From Chloroflexota bacterium (lineage in GTDB: Bacteria > Chloroflexota > Anaerolineae > Aggregatilineales > Ch27): 64,000 nucleotides of DNA. How positions within the stretch are numbered: the stretch's first letter is position 1; every line of letters begins with the position of its first letter. Of this stretch, positions 39,599 to 48,834 are shown one piece after another. The position numbers and the translations under genes are program-made. The stretch covers positions 100,419-164,418 of the forward strand of contig JAIOAT010000001.1 of assembly GCA_019873685.1 (NCBI GenBank), read 5' to 3'. The notes beneath the pieces are model-generated. The model made no database searches and had not been told where the DNA came from. It saw only the letters and a program-made list of their open reading frames with translations.

Positions 39599-40639
39599 TT
39601 AATCTTGCCGGTCAGCGGGATAGGCGATCACCGGCCGGGCGACGCTGACGGCGACATATTGCCCGACATCGAAAGTCTCGCCCGGCCCCAGGCGGGCGGT
39701 CAGGAACAGGCCATTGTCAAGCTCGATGCCCAGGCGCTGATCGTGACCATAGAATTCGCGCCAGGTGACGCGAGCGTGTATACCTCCGTTGGAGGCGGGG
39801 CTGAGCTGCAGCGCTTCCGGACGGATCAGAATGTCCGCCGGGCCGGTCAGCCGGTTCTGCAGGGGGAGGGTGCCCAGCACAGAATCGACGACATCTCCCT
39901 GCGCCTGCCCGCTCAAGAAGTTCGATTCGCCCACAAATGCGGCAACAGCCCGGTTGACCGGAGAGTGGTACAGAGTCTGGGGAGGCGCGACCTGGAGGAT
40001 GCGCCCCTCCAGCATGACAGCAACTTCGTCAGCCAGACTGAGCGCTTCTTCCTGATCGTGGGTGACGAAAAGACAGGTTGTTCCCATACGTCTGAGGATA
40101 GCCCGTACTTCCGACCGAACCTGAGCGCGCAGGGCAGTGTCCAGGTTGGAGAAGGGTTCGTCCAACAACAGTACATCGGGCTGGGGAGCCAGGGCGCGGG
40201 CCAAGGCGACACGCTGCTGTTGGCCGCCGGACAGCTCATGAGGCATTCGCGCCGCATATCCACTCAGGCCGACCAGGTCGAGCATTTCCTGCACCCGGGT
40301 GTGCTTCTGGCGCCGGTTGGCCTGCAGGCCAAAGGCGATATTGTCAGCCACGTTCAGATGTTGGAACAGGGCGTATTCCTGGAAAACCATGCCAACCCGG
40401 CGCTGTTCCGGGGGAACGGCAACGCCTGTTCCTGCGACCGGGCGGCCGTTCAGCAGAATCTGGCCATCATCAGGTTGGTCGAATCCGGCGATCAGGCGCA
40501 GCAGTGTCGTCTTGCCGCAGCCGCTTGGTCCCAGGAGGGCGGTCAGCCGCCCCTGTTCCACTGCCAGGCTGGCATCATCAAGGGCGAGCGTTGGGCCGAA
40601 TCGTTTGGTCAGGTGAAGGCATTCGACGGTGATTGGCAT
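39599..40639 (-). CDS. ABC importer ATPase (FbpC/PotA-like, iron(III) type)
   Basis: Walker [10 protein letters not shown], signature [15 protein letters not shown], Walker [10 protein letters not shown]-terminal TOBE-like region. Confidence 0.9.
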   Translation of the reverse strand: MPITVECLHLTKRFGPTLALDDASLAVEQGRLTALLGPSGCGKTTLLRLIAGFDQPDDGQILLNGRPVAGTGVAVPPEQRRVGMVFQEYALFQHLNVADNIAFGLQANRRQKHTRVQEMLDLVGLSGYAARMPHELSGGQQQRVALARALAPQPDVLLLDEPFSNLDTALRAQVRSEVRAILRRMGTTCLFVTHDQEEALSLADEVAVMLEGRILQVAPPQTLYHSPVNRAVAAFVGESNFLSGQAQGDVVDSVLGTLPLQNRLTGPADILIRPEALQLSPASNGGIHARVTWREFYGHDQRLGIELDNGLFLTARLGPGETFDVGQYVAVSVARPVIAYPADRQD

Positions 40640-40660
40640 GATGGGCCGAACAAGAAACTC

Positions 40661-41473
40661 CTAGAGGTGGAAGGCGTATCCGGCGGCGAATAGCAGAACA
40701 GTCAACAGGCCAAAGCCTATCTCCAGAAATCCGATCGTTCTGGCGGGGACGTCCTGGTAGCGTTTCTGCAGCACCCAGACAGCCCGCAGAGTCAGAATGC
40801 CGAGGGCGACGACGGCCAGCCACGGCGTCAAGCCGGCAGCAGCCAGTGCAGCAGCTAACACCACACCGGCCAGATGCCACAGGATTGCCGCCGCTGGCGA
40901 CGCTGGCTGGCCTTTGGACAGGCGCAGGCGAGCGCGTACATACAGAATCGACGGGATGGCGCGGGCTGTAAGCAGGAGGGTCAGTGTCAGAGCCGCCCGT
41001 AGCGGCCAGCCGCCAGCCAGCGCGATCATGGCCGCGCTGGTGGCCAGCGCAATCGGCCCGGCCAGTTCCGGCAGCAGGTGACGACTTTGCCCGCGGAAGT
41101 CAAAGCCGAGCTGTAGCAGCCCCAGCGGCGCGGCGATCAGCAGCGGGGCTAGGATGCCCGGCCCGGCAAGGGCGATCGCCAGCGCCAGGCCAAGCAGGGC
41201 GATCAGGATGTAGGCCGCAGCAACTTGTTCCGCCAGGCGCGTCCGTGTAAAGCGCCGCCCACGTCGCCAGTCTGTGAACGCCAGCTTGAGCGGATGGCGG
41301 GCCAGGAATGCCCCAATCGTGCCCAGTGTAATACCCAGACCTGCAGTGGTGGGCGCAAGCAGCAGGCCGAGGATTAACGGTTCCAGCAGGAAACCCCAGC
41401 CGCCGTGTTCACTGGGAATGGCCACTGACTTCAGGCGCACAGGATTGGCTGATAGAGTCTGGGTCGATGACAT
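40661..41473 (-). CDS. YwiC-like polytopic membrane protein embedded in the iron ABC operon
   Basis: 270 aa, about 8 TM helices. The N-terminal AIPSEHGGWGFLLEPLILG resembles the YwiC-like family signature as I remember it. Confidence 0.5.
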   Translation of the reverse strand: MSSTQTLSANPVRLKSVAIPSEHGGWGFLLEPLILGLLLAPTTAGLGITLGTIGAFLARHPLKLAFTDWRRGRRFTRTRLAEQVAAAYILIALLGLALAIALAGPGILAPLLIAAPLGLLQLGFDFRGQSRHLLPELAGPIALATSAAMIALAGGWPLRAALTLTLLLTARAIPSILYVRARLRLSKGQPASPAAAILWHLAGVVLAAALAAAGLTPWLAVVALGILTLRAVWVLQKRYQDVPARTIGFLEIGFGLLTVLLFAAGYAFHL

Positions 41474-41531
41474 GCCTGCCTACCTTGCTGCTGTTCGTGT
41501 TCGTTGCTGTGCTGACCAATGCCTCATCAGT

Positions 41532-43184
41532 CTATCCAGCTTCGGCACCTCTGTCACGGGCCAGAATCAGGCTGAGCGCGAGCGCCGATGTGGCGATCAG
41601 CAGCAGCGCCGGGACTCCAATCTGGCTCATCTGGGCTTCGTTGTGCGCCGACCAGATCTGGGTGGTCAGAGTTTTGAATCCGGTAGGGGCCAGCAACAGT
41701 GTGGCGGGCAGTTCTTTTGCCACGTTCAGGAACACCAGCGCCGCCCCGCCCAGGATGCCCGGCCGCACCAGCGGTAGGGTGATGCGTATGTTGACTTGCC
41801 AGCCGGGCAAGCCCAGGCTGCGTCCAGCTTCTTCGTAGCATGGGTTGACCTGGGCCAGGGCGCTCTGGGTCGCGCCAATACTGAGCGGGAGAAAACGAAT
41901 CGCGTAGCCCAGGATGAGGAGCGCGAAGGTTTGATACAAAGCGGGCAAATAGGTAGCAGCAAAGAAGACCAGCGCCAGAGCGATCACCAGCCCTGGCAGG
42001 CTGTTGCCCAGGTAGGCCAGCCGCACCAGCCAGCCGCCCAATGGTGACCGTTGCTGCCGGGCCAGCAGCGCCAGCGGAAGCCCAGCCAGACTCACCAGTA
42101 CGGCAGTCACAGCGCTGATGGCCGCAGTGTTCGCGGCTGGTTGCGCCAGTGCGCTGTAGAGCGGGCTGGCGCTGCTGTGGACGGCCTGAGTCGCCCAACT
42201 GACCAGTACAGCCAGTGGCGCGATTAGCCCCAGCCCAATCAAAGCGGCCATGAACGTTAGAGCGGGAAACCGCCACCATCCCAGGCGAACCAGGGGGAAC
42301 TGGCGCAGCGTGCTGGACCCGCCTGCGCGGTAATTGCTCGCTGAGGACGCCACGCGGCGCTCAAGGCTGACCAACGCCAGCGCCAGTGCAACCAGAACTA
42401 GCGCCAGCACAGCAGCGCGGGTGCGGTCAAACGAACTCGTATACTGCTGGAAAATCGCCCTGGTGAAAGCGTTATAGCGGAGCAGGGCCACTGCTCCGAA
42501 ATCGCTCAGCGTGTACAGGGCGACGAAGAGCATTCCGGTGCCGATCGCCGGGCGGAGTTGAGGCAGTGTGACGCGCCAGAAGACTGACCAGCGACTGTGC
42601 CCCAGACTGCGTGCGGTTTCCTCCTGCGCCGGGTCCAGGCGCAGCAGGGCGGCGCGTGCGGGCAAGAGAACATAGGGGTAGGTGAAGAGGGTGATCACCA
42701 GCCAGGCGCCGGGGAATCCATAGATAGACGGCAGTTCCTGGACACCCAGCGGGCTGAGCACTTGCTGGATGATTCCACGCGGGCCAAGGAGAGCGATATA
42801 CGCAATCGCGCCGATGAAGGATGGGATTGCCAGCGGCAGCGGGCTGCTGATCAGCCACAGTCTTCGCAGCGGGATATCGGTGCGTGTGGTCAACCAGGCG
42901 ACCAGCAAGCCGAGCGTGGTGGCGCTCAGCGCAACGGCTGCGGTCAGTTTGAGGCTGTTAGCAAGCACGCCCAGCACGCGCCCGGAAAGCAGAAAAGCGA
43001 TGCTGTCGGCCCCTGCCTGGGTGGCCCGCAGGAACAAGTAGCCCAGCGGGAGCAGCGACAGACTGACGACGACCACTGCAAAGATGTGCAGAGGGCGTAC
43101 GTCAGCCGCGCGCAGGCGGTGTTGGGCGGTACTATGCTGGTGCAGGCGGCGAGCCTGCTGGCGGATGGCATCGGTGTAGTGCAT
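41532..43184 (-). CDS. Iron(III) ABC importer permease, duplicated-domain type (FbpB-like)
   Basis: 550 aa with two tandem permease modules, each carrying an EAA-like loop (EETARSLG...; EEAGRSLG...). Confidence 0.85.
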   Translation of the reverse strand: MHYTDAIRQQARRLHQHSTAQHRLRAADVRPLHIFAVVVVSLSLLPLGYLFLRATQAGADSIAFLLSGRVLGVLANSLKLTAAVALSATTLGLLVAWLTTRTDIPLRRLWLISSPLPLAIPSFIGAIAYIALLGPRGIIQQVLSPLGVQELPSIYGFPGAWLVITLFTYPYVLLPARAALLRLDPAQEETARSLGHSRWSVFWRVTLPQLRPAIGTGMLFVALYTLSDFGAVALLRYNAFTRAIFQQYTSSFDRTRAAVLALVLVALALALVSLERRVASSASNYRAGGSSTLRQFPLVRLGWWRFPALTFMAALIGLGLIAPLAVLVSWATQAVHSSASPLYSALAQPAANTAAISAVTAVLVSLAGLPLALLARQQRSPLGGWLVRLAYLGNSLPGLVIALALVFFAATYLPALYQTFALLILGYAIRFLPLSIGATQSALAQVNPCYEEAGRSLGLPGWQVNIRITLPLVRPGILGGAALVFLNVAKELPATLLLAPTGFKTLTTQIWSAHNEAQMSQIGVPALLLIATSALALSLILARDRGAEAG

Positions 43185-43253
43185 GTCAGCGGCCCCGGTC
43201 TATTGTGCTCGGTTGCAAGGCAAAGCGAACAGGTCAACCACACAACTATCCAG

Positions 43254-44276
43254 CTATGGGAGCACACCGGTCTCCGCCAGCATGTCCAGCGTTGTCTGCA
43301 AGTCAGCCAGATCACTCAGGTCGATGGCTGACGCTGCAATCAGGTTCAGCGGTGTCAGACGTGGATCCGGATCGACGCCGTCGACCAGCGGATATTCATA
43401 CGTGGCAGTGGCGAAGTAGCGTTGTGCACTGCGGCCAAGCAGGTACAGGATCAGGCGCTGGCTGAGACCGGGGTGGCGGGTGGTATTGACAATACCGGCA
43501 CCGGCTACGTTGACCAGTGAACCAGCGTCTCCTTCCGGGAAGTAGTACAACCTGACCGGCAGATCAGGATTGGTGTCCAGGAACGGGTACAGGTAGTAAT
43601 GGTTGATCAGACCGGCGGCAATTTCTCCGTCAATCACCGCCTGCAGGACGGCGCGGTTATTGTCGTAGGCGACTGTCCCATTGGCCTGCATAGCGGCCAG
43701 CCAGTCGCGAGTGGCATCATCACCCAGCAGAATGCGCAGAGCGGTAACGTGCGCCTGAAACGAGCCATTGGTAGGCGCCCAGCCGACCCGCCCGGCCCAT
43801 ACGTCGTTGGTGAGGTCAAGGATCGAAGCTGGCAGGGTTGCCTCATCGACCAGCGTGGTGTTGTAGGCCAGGACACGCGCCCGACCTGACAGCCCAACCC
43901 ACAGGTTTTGTGCTGAGCGATAGGCTTCCGGAACTCGCTCAAGAATATCAGACGACAGCGGCAGCAGGCGTCCCGCAGCCGCCAAGGCCCCCAGCGCACC
44001 GGCATCCTGGGCGATGAAGACATCAGCCGGACTATTGCCGCCCTCTTCGAGGATGGTCGCTGCCATCTCTGCCGTTGCTCCATAGCGGACGTCGACGGTC
44101 ACGCCGGTTTCGGCGGTGAACTGTTCCAGAAGCGGGCCGATGAGACCCTCACTGCGACCGGAGTAGACAACCAGGTGTTCACTACCTTCCTGAGCCAGGG
44201 AGGGCAGGGCGGCGGTTGCCAGCAGCGCCAGAGACAGGATCAGCGCGGTTGTAGGGGTAATCAGGCGCGAGAACAT
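43254..44276 (-). CDS. Iron(III) ABC importer periplasmic/extracytoplasmic binding protein (FbpA/AfuA-like)
   Basis: 340 aa. Signal peptide, LVVYSGRSEGLIGPLLEQF and DVFIAQDAG motifs. AAGGAG Shine-Dalgarno precedes the start. Confidence 0.85.
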   Translation of the reverse strand: MFSRLITPTTALILSLALLATAALPSLAQEGSEHLVVYSGRSEGLIGPLLEQFTAETGVTVDVRYGATAEMAATILEEGGNSPADVFIAQDAGALGALAAAGRLLPLSSDILERVPEAYRSAQNLWVGLSGRARVLAYNTTLVDEATLPASILDLTNDVWAGRVGWAPTNGSFQAHVTALRILLGDDATRDWLAAMQANGTVAYDNNRAVLQAVIDGEIAAGLINHYYLYPFLDTNPDLPVRLYYFPEGDAGSLVNVAGAGIVNTTRHPGLSQRLILYLLGRSAQRYFATATYEYPLVDGVDPDPRLTPLNLIAASAIDLSDLADLQTTLDMLAETGVLP

Positions 44277-44322
44277 GGCGGTCTCCTTGGTGGATGTGTG
44301 TAGTGTGTTGCCAGTTCCAGCA

Positions 44323-44341
44323 ATTGAGAATGGATCGCAAT
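44323..44341. promoter_or_regulatory. Second, half-conserved copy of the ATTGAGAATGG operator motif downstream of the predicted transcription start
   Basis: ATTGAGAATGG at 44323-44333 is identical to 44360-44370. The right arm (ATCGCAAT) is only partly symmetric. Confidence 0.4.
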
Positions 44342-44354
44342 AACGATCGCTCTC

Positions 44355-44383
44355 ATTCTATTGAGAATGGTTCTCAATAGCAA
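44355..44383 (-). promoter_or_regulatory. Sigma-70-type promoter of the iron ABC operon with a 19-bp palindromic (Fur-like) operator filling the spacer
   Basis: The minus strand reads TTGCTA (44383-44378), then the 17-nt spacer TTGAGAACCATTCTCAA, then TAGAAT (44360-44355). ATTGAGAA-TGG-TTCTCAAT (44360-44378) is an 8-3-8 inverted repeat. Confidence 0.6.
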
Positions 44384-44563
44384 TAGTGAGCCGGGGCACA
44401 AATGACATTTGTCATGGGGCTGCGGTGACTAGTGGGAGGGAGTAGGAGGGCAGTAGCACAACGGCAGATCACGTAGCCAGGCCAGGCGGCTCAGCGTCAT
44501 CTGCCGCTGTAACCTCCTGCCAAGGCGGGAAGCCAACTGATCGGGTCAGTCTCTGGCAGGCTG

Positions 44564-45022
44564 TCAGGCGGAAGCCGGCTGTTCGGTTTCGCCGATTTCC
44601 TCATTGAACCAGGCGATCAGGATTCGGAAGATGTCGCTTTCAGTGATGATCCCGACTACGTGACGTTGTTCGTCCACCACCGGTAGACCGCCGATCTTGT
44701 GGTCGTGCATCAGCTGCGCGGCCTCTTTGATGGTGCTATCGGGGAATACGGTCAGAGGGTCTCTGGTCATCACCTTCCGAATCTTGAGCCTGGAAAGCAA
44801 ATAGTTGATTTCCCAGATGTCCAGCGAAGTTGCCTCAGAAGGTTTGGCGGCCAGAATGTCGGACTGGGAAATGATGCCGATCAGCACGCCATGTTCGTCG
44901 ACGACGGGCAGGCGGCGAATGCGCTTTTTGCGCATCAGGGCGGCAGCGTCGGGCAGGACCATGTCCGGCGGAACACAGATCACGTCAGTAGTCATCCAGT
45001 CCTTGACGAGCAGGTTTTTCAT
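44564..45022 (-). CDS. CBS-domain pair protein
   Basis: 152 aa from ATG 45022. Two CBS modules (VKDWMTTDVICVPPD...RRLPVVDEHGVLIGIISQSDI; VMTRDPLTVFPD...GGLPVVDEQRHVVGIITESDI). Confidence 0.85.
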   Translation of the reverse strand: MKNLLVKDWMTTDVICVPPDMVLPDAAALMRKKRIRRLPVVDEHGVLIGIISQSDILAAKPSEATSLDIWEINYLLSRLKIRKVMTRDPLTVFPDSTIKEAAQLMHDHKIGGLPVVDEQRHVVGIITESDIFRILIAWFNEEIGETEQPASA

Positions 45023-45219
45023 CGTGTCCCTTGCCCTTCTGTGGTGGTCAGACACCAGCTCTTGCACCGAGATAGGCCACGGTGACATGCACCACCGGTT
45101 GGTGCAGCGACAATGGTTTCTTAATCTCTACTGTCATTATGGATCGGAATCGGGTGGCTGCAAGCTGCCGGGTGTTATAATCAGCCGCATTGCCGGTGCG
45201 ACAGCCTGAAGGAGATTTC

Positions 45220-46593
45220 ATGGACGCCCACCTTTATGCCAAGACGAATCAGCAGCGCTCCTTGGAAGAACTCATTGCCCTGCTGCGCATCCCCAGCATC
45301 AGCACCCTGCCGGTCCACCAGGCGGATATCCGCGCCGCCGCTGAATGGCTCGCCGCTCATTTGAGCAGTATGGGTCTTGAATCACGGCTCTATGAGACCG
45401 CCGGGCACCCGATTGTCTATGCCCAGTGGCTGGGCGCTCCATCTGCGCCAACAGTGCTGATCTACGGCCATTATGACGTTCAGCCGCCCGATCCCATTCA
45501 GGAATGGCACACCCCGCCATTTGAGCCAACGCTACGGGATGGCCGTCTGTATGCTCGCGGCGCCTCGGATGACAAGGGCCAGCTCTTTGCCCACATCAAG
45601 GCGGTGGAAGCTCTGTTGCGGACTGAGGGACGCCTGCCGGTGAACGTCAAATTCATCATTGAGGGCGAAGAAGAAACTGGCTCACCTAACCTGGCGCCGT
45701 TTATCCGTGCGCATCAGGACTTGCTGGCGGCAGACGTGGTTTTGGTCTCCGATACGCACTCGCGTTCGCTGGAGCAGCCGTCGATTGTGTATGCACTGCG
45801 CGGCATGGCCTATATGGAACTGGAGGTGTGGGGGCCAAAGCGCGATCTTCATTCCGGGACCTATGGCGGTGCGGTGCACAATCCGGCCCAGGCCTTATGT
45901 GAGTTGATTGCGCGACTGCACGACGACAACGGTACGGTGACTGTGCCGGGCTTTTATGACCGCGTGCGTCCGCTGGATGAGGAGGAACGGGCGGCGCTCA
46001 ACCAGGCGCCGTATACCGAAGCAGCGCTCAAGGCCGAAACCGGTGTACAGGCCGCCTGGGGGGAAGCTGAATACCGCATCCATGAGCGTATCGGAGCGCG
46101 GCCCACACTGGAAGTCAACGGTCTGGTGAGCGGCTGGACCGGCGAAGGCGCCAAGACTGTCCTGCCAGCGAAAGCGCTGGCCAAGATCAGTTGCCGGCTG
46201 GTGGCCGATCAGGATCCGCAGGAGATCTACCAGCTGGTGCGGGACTACATCGCCCGGATCACGCCGCCGACCGTCAGCACGGAGGTGCGGCTACTGCACT
46301 ACGGATTGCCTGCCATCACCGATCGGCATTCGCCGGCAGTACAGGCGGCGGTAGCAGCCTACGAGGAAGGCTGGGGTGCGCAGCCTATCTTCACGCGGGA
46401 AGGCGGTTCCATCCCGATTGTGGCTGAATTCCAGTCCAGCCTCAAGGCGCCGGTGGTGTTAATGGGGTTTGGCCTGCCTGATGACGCTTTGCACGCGCCG
46501 AATGAGAAACTGACGCTGGAATGCTTCTGGCGCGGAATTGCTACCTCGATCAGCTTTCTTACTCGCGCATCAGCATTGCCGGTCCGCGGCTGA
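45220..46593 (+). CDS. M20-family dipeptidase/acetylornithine-deacetylase-like metallopeptidase
   Basis: GHYDVQP, RGASDDKGQ and EGEEETGS motifs. A strong GAAGGAGA Shine-Dalgarno precedes ATG 45220. Confidence 0.85.
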   Translation: MDAHLYAKTNQQRSLEELIALLRIPSISTLPVHQADIRAAAEWLAAHLSSMGLESRLYETAGHPIVYAQWLGAPSAPTVLIYGHYDVQPPDPIQEWHTPPFEPTLRDGRLYARGASDDKGQLFAHIKAVEALLRTEGRLPVNVKFIIEGEEETGSPNLAPFIRAHQDLLAADVVLVSDTHSRSLEQPSIVYALRGMAYMELEVWGPKRDLHSGTYGGAVHNPAQALCELIARLHDDNGTVTVPGFYDRVRPLDEEERAALNQAPYTEAALKAETGVQAAWGEAEYRIHERIGARPTLEVNGLVSGWTGEGAKTVLPAKALAKISCRLVADQDPQEIYQLVRDYIARITPPTVSTEVRLLHYGLPAITDRHSPAVQAAVAAYEEGWGAQPIFTREGGSIPIVAEFQSSLKAPVVLMGFGLPDDALHAPNEKLTLECFWRGIATSISFLTRASALPVRG

Positions 46594-48070
46594 CGTGTGA
46601 GGGAGCGCGCCATGCTGGCGGCGGGATGAGGCGGTAGACGGTGAAGCGCCCCTGTTGGGTCGCCACTGTGGGGGAAAAGCCGGTGTTGCGCAGCGTATGC
46701 AGCCACGGCGTGACAGGCGCCCAGGACGGCGCGACAAAATAGCGCGGCTGGGGATCGGGTTGGCGAAGCGCGTCGGTCACCAGCGCCACGGGGGTAGGGT
46801 AATACGTCAGGCGTAGCCACATGTCAGGTGGGCGGCGCTGGCCCGTGTACCACCAGAGCAACCAGCCGACCCAGCGGTCGTAGACGATTGTGCCGGGCGG
46901 GAGTGTGTTCAGGAAGGCTGCCGTCCCGGTAATGCCGGTGTGCCGGCTGTGGGCGGTTTCCAGGACCGGGCTGATACGCGGCGCGGCAACCAGACTGGCG
47001 AGGGTAATCAGCAGCGCGACCACGGCAACAGGACGTAGACGAGAACGCTGCAGGCGACTGCCTAAGAAATCGATACTGCGGGAGAGCAAAATAGCCGCCA
47101 GCGGCAGCATGGGATGCACGTAGCGGTCATACATGTTGAAGGGCAGCAGCCAGTAGACCAGCAGCCAGGCGAGACTGTACAGGATCAGGACAAGATCGAT
47201 GACGGTGTTGTGATCGCGCGGCTTCTGGTGTAATAGCAGGATCATCCCTGTGGCTGTGATGGCCAGGATGATTGGCCCGCCGAGCGCCTGGCTCAGGTGG
47301 TTCAGCCAGGTCAACAGGCGGGGGATCACTTCCTCCGTGCTGATCATGCCTTGTGGGGCATTGTTGGCCAGGCCCAGCGCCCACCAGCCGGTTGTGGATT
47401 GGCGGGCGGTATCCCAGGCAAACGGCAGGATGACGATGCCCAGCGCGATGATTGCCAGGATGCCGGTGAACTCTGCTTTGTGGCGTTGGCGGGCAACCAA
47501 CCCCAGAGCGGTGATCAGAGGAAGGGCCTGCAGGGCTGACTGTTTAACCGCGAAGGCCAGCGCCGCGAACAACATTGCGATTCCCCACTGCCTGCGGCTC
47601 GATGCCGCGCAGGCAAGCAGGACGAAAAGCGCCAGCAGTGGATCGACAAACACGCTCCCGGCAAGCACCACGTCAAGCGGTGCGAGCGCCATCACCAGTA
47701 CGGCCAACGTCGCAATCCGGCGGCTCCGGTACAGTCCCCGCGCTAACGCCCATAGTGCGGCCAGACCAAGCACGCTGAAGTAGAAAGCGGGCAGGCGGGC
47801 TGCCCATTCACTTGGATCGGTGAAGAGCTTGAAGCTCAGCGCCATAACGAAGAAAGCCAGGGGCGGTTTGTCCACCGGAAGGCCAAGCAGGTAAGGATTG
47901 TTCTCATGGCTGATCTGGCGGGCGAAGGTGGCATACAATGCCTCATCAACATCGAATGGGGCTGTTTGCCAGGGCAGGGGCGCCCGAAGAACCACGCCCA
48001 GCAGGAGCAGGGCGACGGGAAGGACAAGGCGAAGTAGGGAGGTATAGCTGGGCCGCGTGGGCCGGCTCAT
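46559..48070 (-). CDS. GT39/GT83-like (ArnT/PMT-type) polyprenol-phosphate-sugar-dependent membrane glycosyltransferase
   Basis: About 12 TM helices. The first extracytoplasmic loop is DVDEALYATFARQI...PVDKPPLAF. The start ATG 48070-48068 shares one base with the upstream TGA stop. Confidence 0.7.
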   Translation of the reverse strand: MSRPTRPSYTSLLRLVLPVALLLLGVVLRAPLPWQTAPFDVDEALYATFARQISHENNPYLLGLPVDKPPLAFFVMALSFKLFTDPSEWAARLPAFYFSVLGLAALWALARGLYRSRRIATLAVLVMALAPLDVVLAGSVFVDPLLALFVLLACAASSRRQWGIAMLFAALAFAVKQSALQALPLITALGLVARQRHKAEFTGILAIIALGIVILPFAWDTARQSTTGWWALGLANNAPQGMISTEEVIPRLLTWLNHLSQALGGPIILAITATGMILLLHQKPRDHNTVIDLVLILYSLAWLLVYWLLPFNMYDRYVHPMLPLAAILLSRSIDFLGSRLQRSRLRPVAVVALLITLASLVAAPRISPVLETAHSRHTGITGTAAFLNTLPPGTIVYDRWVGWLLWWYTGQRRPPDMWLRLTYYPTPVALVTDALRQPDPQPRYFVAPSWAPVTPWLHTLRNTGFSPTVATQQGRFTVYRLIPPPAWRAPSHVSRGPAMLMRE

Positions 48071-48834
48071 CAGTCTACGAAGCGATAGCGCAACAAGGTC
48101 CACGCTGCTCGCGGCGCGTCGTGCCACCTGATCTTCTTGCCTTCTTCCCATTCGCGACCATTGTAGCTGATGGGCACTTCGTAGATGCGATGGCCGCGTT
48201 TGAGAACCTTGGCCGTGATTTCTGGCTCAAATTCAAAGCCGCGCGCACGGAGCGGAATTTGCTGTACAATCTCCCTCCGGAAGACCTTGTAGCAGGTCTC
48301 CATGTCGGTCAGGATGGTGTTGTAAAGGATATTGGTCAGCAGGGTAAGCATGCGGTTGGCGACCATATTCCAGAAGAACATGGCTTTGGTCGGCCCGCCG
48401 CGGAAACGCGAGCCGTAGACAACTTTGGCGATGCCTTCTTCGATCGGTCTGAGCAACGACGGATAGTCGCGCGGATCATATTCCAGGTCGGCATCCTGGA
48501 TGAGCACGATGTCACCCGTGGCCGCCGCAAAGCCAGTTCGCACGGCCGCACCTTTGCCCTGGTTGTGAGAGTGGAAGATCACCCGTACAATAGGGTCGTT
48601 TTCAAACGTCTTGAGGATGTCCCGTGTGCCATCCTGGGAGCCATCGTCGACGACAATGATTTCAGTCGCCCGACCGACAGCCTTGACGCGCCGGATGATC
48701 TCGGCAATCGTTGGCTTCTCGTTGTAGCAGGGGATGATCACACTCAAGGTCAACGGTTGAGTTTCCACACCTGTCTCCCTGTGACGCGGACGGTTCAGGG
48801 CCGTCTTTGCTGCCGGTGGGGGCATTATAGCCAA
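48070..48834 (-). CDS. GT2 polyprenol-phosphate glycosyltransferase (DPM1/ArnC-like)
   Basis: LSVIIPCYNEKPTI, IIVVDDGSQDGT and LIQDADLEYDP motifs, with no C-terminal TM bundle. Confidence 0.8.
   Translation of the reverse strand: MAIMPPPAAKTALNRPRHRETGVETQPLTLSVIIPCYNEKPTIAEIIRRVKAVGRATEIIVVDDGSQDGTRDILKTFENDPIVRVIFHSHNQGKGAAVRTGFAAATGDIVLIQDADLEYDPRDYPSLLRPIEEGIAKVVYGSRFRGGPTKAMFFWNMVANRMLTLLTNILYNTILTDMETCYKVFRREIVQQIPLRARGFEFEPEITAKVLKRGHRIYEVPISYNGREWEEGKKIRWHDAPRAAWTLLRYRFVD

Noticed and set aside
39596-40693. 365-aa plus-strand ORF opposite the ABC ATPase gene; likewise 17527-18414 opposite typA and 47938-48897 opposite the GT2/GT39 genes
   Set aside because: They are antisense to genes with complete Walker/G-box/GT-A motifs and have no motifs of their own.
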